Shown here: positions 29,162-37,912 of the stretch, piece after piece
How the letters are laid out: each line of letters starts with the position of its first letter
How positions within the stretch are numbered: the first letter of the stretch is position 1
DNA from: Prevotella sp.
Lineage (GTDB): Bacteria > Bacteroidota > Bacteroidia > Bacteroidales > Bacteroidaceae
DNA length: 64,000 bases
NCBI GenBank assembly: GCA_017650905.1
Contig: JAGCDZ010000102.1
Coordinates: forward strand, 9,629 to 73,628
Reading direction: 5' to 3'
Position numbers and translations under genes: made by a program
Notes under the pieces: model-generated
Seen by the model: only the letters and a program-made list of their open reading frames with translations
The model's database searches: none
Told to the model about the DNA's origin: nothing

Positions 29162-30970
29162 ATGGAGGAAACGGCTACATTTAATAGAGGCCCGAAATGG
29201 CTCCAACGCCTACACAATTGGCGGGTGGAGCATGTCAGCGACAAGATGTTTATTCTGGTCCTGGCGCTGCTCGTCGGTTTCTTCGCAGCAGTGGCGGCCT
29301 TCTCGCTTCATTGGATGATCAACCAGATTGTGATGTTGCTCACAAGTTCTTTCGAGAAGTCTAGGGCCAACTGGCTCTATCTGGTCTATCCCGTGGTGGG
29401 TATCTATCTTACCTCACTCTTTGTCCGTTACATCGTCAAAGACAATATCTCCCATGGCATCACCCGTATTCTCTATGCCATCTCCTCGAATAGGTCCCGT
29501 CTGAAGTCTCATAATACTTGGTCTTCAGTCATCGCCTCGGCCATTACCATTGGCTTTGGTGGTTCTGTGGGAGCAGAGGCGCCGATTGTGCTTACAGGCT
29601 CGGCCATTGGCTCAAACCTCGGAAAGATCTTCCATCTCGATCGAAAGACGCTGATGACACTCGTGGGCTGTGGTGCTGCAGGCGCCATCGCAGGTATCTT
29701 CAAGGCGCCCATTGCAGGACTGGTCTTTACGCTCGAAGTCCTCATGATTGACATGACCATGTCATCACTTCTGCCTATCCTGGTGTCGTGTGTGACAGCC
29801 ACTTGTTTCACTTATATTTTCAGTGGCGATGCAGCCTTGTTTACTTTCCACCTCGATAGCGAGTGGTCGATACAACGCCTTCCGGCCTGTGTGCTCTTAG
29901 GCATCTCCTGCGGACTCATCTCCCTCTATTTCATCCGGATGATGGGTTTTTGCGAAGGAATCTTCGCACGCTATAAGGAGCATCCGCATATTCGTTTGGC
30001 TATTGGAGGAACCGTCCTGAGTCTGTTGATTTTCTTGTTTCCTTCTCTCTATGGCGAGGGCTATAGCAGCATCAATCTCCTGCTCAATGGACGGACAGAG
30101 GCTGATTGGAACCAGATTCTCAACAATTCACTTTTCTCAGGCCAAGGCAGTCTGTTGTTAGGCTATATCGCCTTGGTATTGCTGACCAAGGTCATTGCCA
30201 CCTCTGCCACGAATGGGGGAGGGGGTTGTGGTGGTACCTTTGCACCGAGTTTGTTTGTGGGCTGCTTCACAGGATTCCTTTTCTCACGCCTGTGGAACAT
30301 CCATCAGATAGGCGTCTATATCCCCGAGAAGAACTTCGCCCTGATGGGTATGGCGGGTGTGATGTCCGGCGTGATGCATGCCCCGTTGACGGGTATGTTC
30401 CTCATTGCGGAACTTACCGGAGGCTATAGTCTCCTCGTACCGCTGATGATTGTCTCGGTTTGTGCCTATCTCACGATTATCATCTTTGAGCCGCATAGCA
30501 TCTATGGGGCTCGGTTGGCCAAGGAAGGCAAGTTGATTACCCATCATACGGATCATGCAGTTCTGACATTGATGAACCTGGATTCGGTCATCGAACGGGA
30601 TTACCTGAGTGTCACGCCTGACATGGAGTTAGGACAGATTGTCCATAAGATCAGTCGGAGCAACTCGTCCGTACTCCCGGTATTGGATCCCTCGGGAGTT
30701 CTCCTGGGTGAGGTGGAGATTATGCGCATCCGTAATGTCATGTTCCGGACAGAACTCTACCACCATTTCAAGTCCAGTCAACTGATGGTGGAGCCTAAAG
30801 CTACGCTTTCGGAATCCACGCCAATGGCAGATGTCATGCGGACATTCGATCGGACACGTGCTGATTGGCTCCCTGTCCTTGACAAGGATTCCCGTCTTCA
30901 GGGATATATCTCCCGCCAGCGGGTTTATACCATGTATCGCAAGATGGTTGCAGATATGTCGGAAGATTAA
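29162..30970 (+). CDS. ClC chloride channel/antiporter with CBS domains
   Basis: GGSVGAEAP, FKAPIAG, GGTFAP, HAPLTG motifs; C-terminal CBS pair. Confidence 0.93.
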   Translation: MEETATFNRGPKWLQRLHNWRVEHVSDKMFILVLALLVGFFAAVAAFSLHWMINQIVMLLTSSFEKSRANWLYLVYPVVGIYLTSLFVRYIVKDNISHGITRILYAISSNRSRLKSHNTWSSVIASAITIGFGGSVGAEAPIVLTGSAIGSNLGKIFHLDRKTLMTLVGCGAAGAIAGIFKAPIAGLVFTLEVLMIDMTMSSLLPILVSCVTATCFTYIFSGDAALFTFHLDSEWSIQRLPACVLLGISCGLISLYFIRMMGFCEGIFARYKEHPHIRLAIGGTVLSLLIFLFPSLYGEGYSSINLLLNGRTEADWNQILNNSLFSGQGSLLLGYIALVLLTKVIATSATNGGGGCGGTFAPSLFVGCFTGFLFSRLWNIHQIGVYIPEKNFALMGMAGVMSGVMHAPLTGMFLIAELTGGYSLLVPLMIVSVCAYLTIIIFEPHSIYGARLAKEGKLITHHTDHAVLTLMNLDSVIERDYLSVTPDMELGQIVHKISRSNSSVLPVLDPSGVLLGEVEIMRIRNVMFRTELYHHFKSSQLMVEPKATLSESTPMADVMRTFDRTRADWLPVLDKDSRLQGYISRQRVYTMYRKMVADMSED

Positions 30971-31552
30971 TTTAAAGGGCAAGCCCTTTTAAAACCTGTT
31001 ATTCCTTACTTTCTCTGGCGCAGAGAAAGAAGCAAAGAGACATCCACCTATCCCAAACCCTTCCCTATATGGAAGGGCTTAACTGAAAATCATGGAAAAC
31101 CGATGATTTTCAGAGTTTTGGTATGGCTCGCAAGCCTGTGCCCTTCGGGCGAGCCATGGTTTTCTACATCCCTGCTGTCGCCGCCCCTTGCAAAGGGGCT
31201 CAACGCCACAAGTACATCAAGGTTCATATGGTATAATGGTGTATAATGTCAATCTGAATAGAAACGATTCATATCAAGGATATCTTCAAAATATCATACG
31301 GACGATATTGAGCCCCTTTTCAAGGGGCGGCGTAAGCAGGGATGTAGGAACATATCCCGACCCTTTGATGGGTCGAGGATACCTTAATGAACGAGCGACA
31401 GGAGGAGCGGTTAAGTCCCTTGCCAATGATTGGCGAGGGATTTAGGGAGTGGTTCGAAGCCCCTTCTTATGAAGAAGGGGTTGGGGTTGATGGAGAAACC
31501 TGCAGGGGAACCCTGCATAAAGGGTAGAGGTGGTGCAGCAATGCTGCAAAAA
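30971..31552 (+). repeat. Hairpin-dense dispersed repeat element, copy 1
   Basis: 31011-~31490 aligns with the reverse complement of 33901-~33420; about 10 short palindromes; internal 43-bp inverted repeats at 31161-31203/31308-31350. Confidence 0.9.
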
Positions 31553-31557
31553 AAACA

Positions 31558-32523
31558 TTACTTCATTTTCTCAATGGCCTGATTACCATTGAGGAAATCC
31601 CTGGAAGACATGCGCTTCTTGCCAGCAAGTTGTATCTCATCGAGCTGGAGGAGCTCACCATTGAGGCAGGCCACATAGAGGGATTTGCCCTCAATAAGGA
31701 TGGAACCTGGGGCAGCAGAAGAACTACGGGCGGTCTTGCTGGACTGGAAAATCTTCAATACCGTTTCTTTGCCATCAGAAGCAACTAACGTCGTCCAGGC
31801 ACCAGGAATGGGCGAGAGCCCACGTATGAAATCGTAGATTTGCTTGGCAGATTGTTGCCAATTGATCTCGCAAGTCTCTTTGAAAATCTTCGGGGCGGCC
31901 TTTAGTTCACCCTGAAAATCTTCTTGAGGAATGGACTTGGGATGTCCGTCAGAGGCAATGATTGCTTCGATGGTCTCCAGGCAGATTTCTGCCCCAAGAT
32001 GCATCAGCCCATCATACACATACTCCACATCTGCCGTATCAGGGATATCGAAGGGTTTTTGGAGAATGATGCGGCCAGTATCAATATCATGGTCGAGGAA
32101 GAAGGTGGTTACCCCTGTCTTGGTCTCGCCATTGATGATAGCCCAGTTGATAGGAGCAGCCCCACGATACTGAGGCAACAGGGCGGCATGCACATTGAAC
32201 GTGCCATATTCCGGCATAACCCAGATCACTTCAGGCAGCATTCTAAACGCCACGACGACCTGCAGGTTAGCCTGATAACTGCGCAAGGCCTCTACGAACT
32301 CAGGGTCTTTCATCTTCTCAGGCTGTAGCACAGGAAGGCCTTGTGAGAGGGCATACTGCTTCACGGCAGAAGGCTGTAACACACTGCCATGTCGTCCCAC
32401 AGGTTTGTCAGGTTGTGTCACTACAGCCACCACGTTATATTGATGCTCCACCAGTGCCTGCAGTGTCTCTACTGCAAACTCCGGGGTGCCCATAAATACG
32501 ATTCTGAGATCTTCTTTCTTCAT
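31558..32523 (-). CDS. fmt: Methionyl-tRNA formyltransferase
   Basis: FMGTPEFA, TQPDKP, NVHAALLPQYRGAAPI, IDTG. Confidence 0.96.
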   Translation of the reverse strand: MKKEDLRIVFMGTPEFAVETLQALVEHQYNVVAVVTQPDKPVGRHGSVLQPSAVKQYALSQGLPVLQPEKMKDPEFVEALRSYQANLQVVVAFRMLPEVIWVMPEYGTFNVHAALLPQYRGAAPINWAIINGETKTGVTTFFLDHDIDTGRIILQKPFDIPDTADVEYVYDGLMHLGAEICLETIEAIIASDGHPKSIPQEDFQGELKAAPKIFKETCEINWQQSAKQIYDFIRGLSPIPGAWTTLVASDGKETVLKIFQSSKTARSSSAAPGSILIEGKSLYVACLNGELLQLDEIQLAGKKRMSSRDFLNGNQAIEKMK

Positions 32524-33171
32524 TTACAGGGCTTTTAAGCACTTGATGGTTCCGAGAGGATCGTTCACCTTGAAGATGTAGCTGCCACTGACAAGGACAT
32601 CCACACCTGCAGCCACCAAACGAGGAGCTGTTTCTGCTTGGACACCACCGTCCACCTCAATCAGGGTTCCCAGTCCTTTGTCGGTAATCATCTGTTTCAG
32701 ACGTTTCACTTTGTCGATGGTGTTTTCGATAAATTTCTGTCCCCCGAACCCCGGGTTGACACTCATCAGCAGCACCATCTCCACATCGCCGAGGATGTCC
32801 TCTAACACAGAGACTGGTGTCGAGGGATTCAAGGTCACACCCGCTTTCATACCTGCATCGTGGATTTCCTGAATCGTGCGATGCAGATGGACACAGGCCT
32901 CGTAATGCACATTCATCATCATCGCGCCCAACTTTGCTGTTCGGGCGATATATCGCTCAGGCGCGTTAATCATATAATGTACGTCGAGTGGTTTCTGACA
33001 GGCTTTGGCTACCGCCTCAATCACGGGGAAGCCAAAGGAAATATTGGGGACAAACGACCCGTCCATGATGTCTAAGTGGAGCCAGTCGGCATCACTTTGG
33101 TTGATCATGTCGATATCGTGGTCGAGATGCAGGAAATCTGCTGCAAGCAAGGATGGAGAAACGAGCGCCAT
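32524..33171 (-). CDS. rpe: Ribulose-phosphate 3-epimerase
   Basis: SPSLL, HLDIMDG.FVPN, MSVNPGFGGQ, VDGG. Confidence 0.97.
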   Translation of the reverse strand: MALVSPSLLAADFLHLDHDIDMINQSDADWLHLDIMDGSFVPNISFGFPVIEAVAKACQKPLDVHYMINAPERYIARTAKLGAMMMNVHYEACVHLHRTIQEIHDAGMKAGVTLNPSTPVSVLEDILGDVEMVLLMSVNPGFGGQKFIENTIDKVKRLKQMITDKGLGTLIEVDGGVQAETAPRLVAAGVDVLVSGSYIFKVNDPLGTIKCLKAL

Positions 33172-33195
33172 TTTATTCTAATTGATATTGGATAA

Positions 33196-33318
33196 TTAGT
33201 TCAGGCTATAGTTGGGAACCTGAGGGTTGGACACTGGGCGATAGCTGTAGGCTATCTGTCGGATAATCTCTAAAGACAAGGCGCTGGGCTTGAATTCTTC
33301 GGGGGTAAAATGCTTCAT
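33196..33318 (-). CDS. 40-aa small protein MKHFTPEEFKPSALSLEIIRQIAYSYRPVSNPQVPNYSLN
   Basis: ATG-TAA ORF filling the gap upstream of rpe with an AT-rich leader; PS...IRQIAY...LN pattern recalled from small Bacteroidales proteins downstream of this ECF sigma (unverified). Confidence 0.6.
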   Translation of the reverse strand: MKHFTPEEFKPSALSLEIIRQIAYSYRPVSNPQVPNYSLN

Positions 33319-33394
33319 AGGCGAATTAATATTTTTGATTTCATTTAAAAAACGACGAAATCATTTTTTTATTATGCCATAACAAAAATATTTT

Positions 33395-33985
33395 TTGCAG
33401 GGGGAACCTGCACCCTTTTTCACAACCACCCGCCCCTCCTTGCCTAAGGAGGGTACCTTCCCCCTTCCAAACCTTCCCCCGACATCGGGTGAAGGCTTAA
33501 CCGCTCCTCCTGTCGCTCGTTCATTAAGGTATCCTCGACCCATCAAAGGGTCGGGATATGTTTCTACATCCCTGCTTAGGCCGCCCCTTGGCAAGGGGCT
33601 CAATATCGTCCGTCTGTTATTAACAGGGTATTCCAAATACGAATTGTTTCTATTCAGATTGACATTATATCCCATTATACCATATGAACCATGATGTATT
33701 TATGGCGTTGAGCCCCTTTGCAAGGGGCGGCGACAGCAGGGATGTAGGAAACCATGGCTCGCCCGAAGGGCACAGGCTTGCGAGCCATACCAAAACCCTG
33801 AAAATCATCGGTTTTCTGTGATTTTCAGTTGCATCCTCCCCATATAGGGGGAGGCCTTGGAGGGGGTGGATGTCTCTTGGTTCGTTCTCTGCGCCAGAGA
33901 ATGAACAAAAGATACCTGCAGGGGAACCCTGCATAGGTAGGGGTGGTTGAGAAAAAAGGTAATAGGAGCTTGCTCCTTTTAAAAC
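33395..33985 (-). repeat. Hairpin-dense dispersed repeat element, copy 2 (inverted relative to copy 1)
   Basis: 65-nt block 33496-33560 is the exact reverse complement of 31351-31415; internal 43-bp inverted repeats at 33561-33603/33708-33750. Confidence 0.9.
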
Positions 33986-33992
33986 ATTACTT

Positions 33993-34589
33993 TTAAGCTA
34001 ATTGCAGCTCGATAGAGTGCTCGCGAGAAAGCTTGCGAAGATTAATGAGCGCATAACGCATGCGTCCCAGCGATGTATTGATACTTACCCCCGTAGCCTC
34101 AGCAATCTCCTTAAACGACATTTCCTGATAGTACCGCATATACACAACTTCACGCTGTACTTCAGGTAGTGCTTCCATCAACTGCCTGACATCCTTCATC
34201 ACCTGTTCATTTACCAGGGTACTTTCACGGTCTGTCTCCAATACAGAGTCACCGCGAATATTCCCCAGGTCATTTTCCTTCGGGGCGTCCACGACATGCG
34301 AGTTCTTCATGTCACGGAAATGATCGATGATCACATTATGCGCAATCCTCGTTACCCAGAACAGGAACTTGCCCTGATCCTTATACTTACCGTCCCTCAG
34401 TTTCATGATGGCCTTGATAAAGGTCTCCTGAAACAGGTCATTAGCCATCTCCTCATTCTTCACCATACAGAAGATGTAGGAGAACAACTTGTTCTGCACA
34501 CGACTCAATAAGATGTCGAAAGCTTTGTTATTACCATCTGCATAAAGCAATGCCAACTGTTCGTCGGACATTTCTTTCCAAGTACTCAT
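33993..34589 (-). CDS. ECF-type sigma-70 factor
   Basis: DLFQETFIKA, F..WVTRIAHN..ID, region 4 SFKEIAE..GVSINTSLGRMRYAL; -7 box at 34663-34670 supports ATG 34589. Confidence 0.93.
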   Translation of the reverse strand: MSTWKEMSDEQLALLYADGNNKAFDILLSRVQNKLFSYIFCMVKNEEMANDLFQETFIKAIMKLRDGKYKDQGKFLFWVTRIAHNVIIDHFRDMKNSHVVDAPKENDLGNIRGDSVLETDRESTLVNEQVMKDVRQLMEALPEVQREVVYMRYYQEMSFKEIAEATGVSINTSLGRMRYALINLRKLSREHSIELQLA

Positions 34590-34760
34590 ACGTTTCTTAA
34601 TTAGTATTGAGTAATGCTGTTTCGATAGGCAATAATCGTTTAAAGAGTTATTAATTCGGGGACAAAAGTATATATTTTTCTTCAAACGACCAAAAAAAAA
34701 ACATAAAATCTCTACAATTTGTCCTTTTTTTAGTACTTTTGCAACATAAATAGAGGAAAT

Positions 34761-36698
34761 ATGATGAAACTTTTTGTTCCGGGACGACTTTGTCTCTTTG
34801 GCGAACATACCGACTGGGCAGGTCATTATCGTACGATGAATGCCGACATTGCACCGGGTGCTGCCATCGTGACGGGTATTGAACAAGGTATCTATGCTGA
34901 AGTTGAAAAGTCCGGCATCTTCGAACTATATAGTGAAGCACCTGAGATTTCTGGTGTCTGGCAGGATTTCTCCTGTCGTATGGATGAGCTTGAACTGAAG
35001 CGCATTGCCAAGAGTGGTTCTTTCTTCTGCTATTGTGCGGGTGTGGCTTCTTATATGCTCGAATGGTACAAGGTGGGTGGTGTACGTATCCGTATTAAAG
35101 GTATGACGCTTCCCATGAAGAGCGGTCTTTCCAGTTCTGCGGCCATCTGTGTCCTTGTTGCGCGCGCGTTCAATTTATTATATAATCTTAATCTCAACAC
35201 GCTGGGTGAGATGAATATCGCCTATCTGGGCGAACTGCGTACCTCCAGTCGTTGTGGTCGTCTCGACCAGGCCTGTGCCTTTGGTGTCAAACCCAACCTC
35301 ATGATCTTCGATGGCGATGAAATCGAGGTGCGCTCTCTCAATGTCAAGAAACATCTCTATTGGGTGTTTGCCGACCTTTGTGCCGAGAAGGATACCATCA
35401 AGATTCTCTCTGACCTCAACAAGGCTTATCCTTTCCCCAATACTGAGGCAGAACGTGCGGAACATGAGGCATTGGGTGAGAAGAATCTTGCCTTGGTCAA
35501 TCGCGCCATCCAGTACATGGCAGATGGTAGGGCAGAGGATCTCGGTCGCTTGATGACCGAGGCAGAAGTACTCTTTAATACCCAGGTGGCACCGATGTCT
35601 GAGGCTCTTTATGCCCCTAAACTCCATAAGATACTCGAGGATTCCCATATCCAACCGCTGGTGTGGGGTGGCAAGGGCGTGGGCTCGCATGGCGATGGCT
35701 CTGTACAGTTCTTGGCACGCAGTGAAGAGACCCAGCAACAATTGGTCGACTATCTCAACGACCAGGGTATGAAAGCCTATTCCCTCACGCTCAAACCCGT
35801 ACATACGGTGCGTAAGGCCATCATCCCTGTCGCAGGTTTTGGCACTAGACTATATCCTGCTACCAGGGCCCTGAAAAAGGATTTCTTCCCTATTCCTTGT
35901 CCCGATGGGATGGTACGTCCTGTGATTCTCATTCTACTCGAGGAACTCATCCAGAGTGGAATCGAGGAAATCTGTTTGGTGCTTGGTTCTGAGGAGGAGC
36001 GCCAACAGTATGCTGACTATTTCGAGCGACCGCTTTCTGACGAACATCTGAACAAACTTAATTCAGAGGCGAAGGAACTTGAGAAACGTATCCTTAATAT
36101 TGGGAAACACCTTCATTATGTCTACCAGCGTGAGAAACGGGGCTTCGGTCATGCCGTCTATCAGGCGGCCCAGTTTGCAGGCAAAGAACCGGTTCTGTTG
36201 CTATTGGGCGATACCCTCTATCGCAGTGACTGCAACAAACCCTGTATTTTGCAGATGGTGGAGGAATATGAAAAATGCAATTCCCTGATGGTTTCCATCC
36301 ATCCGGTTCCTCTGGCTGATGTCAGTCACTATGGCATTCTCTCTGGCGTCTGGGAAGACAAGGATCACACCGTTCTCAATGTGACGACGATGAACGAAAA
36401 ACCCAAGGCCAGCTATGCTGAGGAATTCTTGGGCGTACGCGATAAAAATGGTGTGAAAGAATATTACAGTGTCTTCGGTCAGTACATTCTCACCCCGGAA
36501 GTTTTTGCACAGCTCCATGATGACATCATGCAAAAAGAGATCGATGGTGATCATGTTAGTGAAATAGAACTCACTTCTGCTCTTGAAGCTGTGCGCCAGC
36601 GTTGCGGCATGATGGGTGTGCGTTTGCAGGGACGTATGTATGACATGGGTAATCCCCATGCCCTCGTTCGTGCTGTCCAAGAATTCTCTCAACCCTAA
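34761..36698 (+). CDS. Bifunctional GHMP sugar kinase / GalU-type sugar-1-phosphate nucleotidyltransferase
   Basis: PGRLCLFGEHTD, GLSSSAA, GRLDQ; then KAIIPVAGFGTRLYPAT, Q...GFGHAV, LGD, EKP, YDMG. Confidence 0.88.
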   Translation: MMKLFVPGRLCLFGEHTDWAGHYRTMNADIAPGAAIVTGIEQGIYAEVEKSGIFELYSEAPEISGVWQDFSCRMDELELKRIAKSGSFFCYCAGVASYMLEWYKVGGVRIRIKGMTLPMKSGLSSSAAICVLVARAFNLLYNLNLNTLGEMNIAYLGELRTSSRCGRLDQACAFGVKPNLMIFDGDEIEVRSLNVKKHLYWVFADLCAEKDTIKILSDLNKAYPFPNTEAERAEHEALGEKNLALVNRAIQYMADGRAEDLGRLMTEAEVLFNTQVAPMSEALYAPKLHKILEDSHIQPLVWGGKGVGSHGDGSVQFLARSEETQQQLVDYLNDQGMKAYSLTLKPVHTVRKAIIPVAGFGTRLYPATRALKKDFFPIPCPDGMVRPVILILLEELIQSGIEEICLVLGSEEERQQYADYFERPLSDEHLNKLNSEAKELEKRILNIGKHLHYVYQREKRGFGHAVYQAAQFAGKEPVLLLLGDTLYRSDCNKPCILQMVEEYEKCNSLMVSIHPVPLADVSHYGILSGVWEDKDHTVLNVTTMNEKPKASYAEEFLGVRDKNGVKEYYSVFGQYILTPEVFAQLHDDIMQKEIDGDHVSEIELTSALEAVRQRCGMMGVRLQGRMYDMGNPHALVRAVQEFSQP

Positions 36699-36701
36699 AC
36701 A

Positions 36702-37682
36702 ATGGAGCAGGTTTGGTTTGCTATAGGCTGTACATCCCCCCGTCACGAGCTCAAGGTTCGTGACGATGCCCGACGCTATGGCCTTTCTTCTTTCGTCCCA
36801 TTGAAATACGAGGTCAAGAAAGTCAAAGGACGTGAACAGCGTATGCTGGTTCCAGCCATCACGAAACTGATTTTCGTCAAAGGCACATTGGAGGAAGTAC
36901 AGGACTATCTTGCCCATGCCCATTTCGTGGTCTATATCCAACGTTCCACCTTTTCTAATCATAAAGAATTCCTGACAGTTCCCATGCGGGCCATGGAAGA
37001 CTTTATTGCAGTCACGGAACATCATGAGGAACATGTCACTTATTTCAATCCGCAGGAAATCCGCCTGAATGTGGGTGACCAGATCCGTGTCAAAGGTGGT
37101 CTTTATAATGGTCGTGAGGGTATCATCATGCGCATCAAAGGCAAGCGCAATCGCCATCTCGTAGTCCAGATTCCAGGTATCCTCATTGCAGCCATCGAAA
37201 TGACGCCTGATATGATTGAAATCCCAGATGCTGAGGAGCCTCAGAAGCCGTCCAAAAATATTGACATAGATAAACGTGCTCTTTTCGACTTGGCACATCG
37301 TCTTCTCTTTGAGATTCCTGATAAATACCAGAATGAAAATGAGTATTATCTCCTTCTCTCAGAGTTAAAGCGAACGCAGGCTCGACTGACAACTTTCAAA
37401 GGCTATACCCCTGCGACGGAGGCGGAACTTGCTCTTCCCCTCTATATGGCTTCAGTTAAGTTAGATGCTGGCGTCGAAACTGCAGAATCACGCCTTCGCA
37501 AAGCCATTTCTTCCCTCAAGGAATCCAGTCTTCTCAAAATCCGTTGTCTACTCTACCTTGCTGTCCTTTCTCATGATGAGGCTCTTTTGCAACAGTTGCA
37601 GACCCTCTTCGATATCTGGCTGAAATCTCCACTCTCCCAGAATCAACGCTCTCTCATCGAAGAATATTCTCTTCTGAAGTGA
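36702..37682 (+). CDS. upxY: UpxY (NusG-family) antiterminator fused to a UpxZ-like C-terminal domain
   Basis: NGN (WFAI..FVP..LIFV) and KOW (GDQIRVKGGLYNGREG); C-terminal helical domain LAHRLLF, KGYTPATEAELALPL, SLLKIR, DIW matching the recalled UpxZ pattern. Confidence 0.8.
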   Translation: MEQVWFAIGCTSPRHELKVRDDARRYGLSSFVPLKYEVKKVKGREQRMLVPAITKLIFVKGTLEEVQDYLAHAHFVVYIQRSTFSNHKEFLTVPMRAMEDFIAVTEHHEEHVTYFNPQEIRLNVGDQIRVKGGLYNGREGIIMRIKGKRNRHLVVQIPGILIAAIEMTPDMIEIPDAEEPQKPSKNIDIDKRALFDLAHRLLFEIPDKYQNENEYYLLLSELKRTQARLTTFKGYTPATEAELALPLYMASVKLDAGVETAESRLRKAISSLKESSLLKIRCLLYLAVLSHDEALLQQLQTLFDIWLKSPLSQNQRSLIEEYSLLK

Positions 37683-37726
37683 TTTTCATCTTTTTATGGT
37701 TTTCCCCTTATATTTTATATAAATAA

Positions 37727-37758
37727 TTTGTTTATATCAAAAAAAAAACGTACTTTTG
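37727..37758 (+). promoter_or_regulatory. Polysaccharide operon promoter (TTTG 37727-37730; TACTTTTG 37751-37758) with A10 in the spacer
   Basis: Consensus boxes with a 20-bp spacer; about 150-nt leader before the export gene. Confidence 0.65.
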
Positions 37759-37912
37759 CACGCAAAATATAGGGAATCGATTCCAATTAAGCCCTTGTTT
37801 TGATGTATATTTATTGTTGTTTTTTTACTAACGTACTGATAAGCAAACGCTTATATTTATACGTTGGGAAAGGAGATTGTGTTCTTTTGCGAAATTACAA
37901 ATATTTTTCAAT

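Noticed and set aside
31188-33934. ORFs 31188-31445, 33361-33675, 33395-33694 and 33665-33934, two of which give similar peptides
   Set aside because: They lie inside the repeat copies. The similarity follows from DNA identity, starts and stops differ, and the differences track hairpin pairing rather than codons.
30971-33985. CRISPR array, tRNA or autonomous IS reading of the repeats
   Set aside because: No regularly spaced direct repeats, no cloverleaf, no transposase or cas gene.
26666-34886. N-terminal extensions of prfC (from 26666) and the ECF sigma (from 34886)
   Set aside because: They overlap neighbouring genes or promoters; family homology starts at 26978 and 34589.
22759-37298. 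Long antisense ORFs (e.g. 22759-24039, 27179-28573, 36201-37298; also 923-1957 and 13347-14306)
   Set aside because: Shadows of well-supported genes on the opposite strand, with no recognisable motifs.
37683-37912. Invertible capsule promoter
   Set aside because: No inverted repeat pair flanking the promoter was found by eye, and no recombinase gene is in the window.
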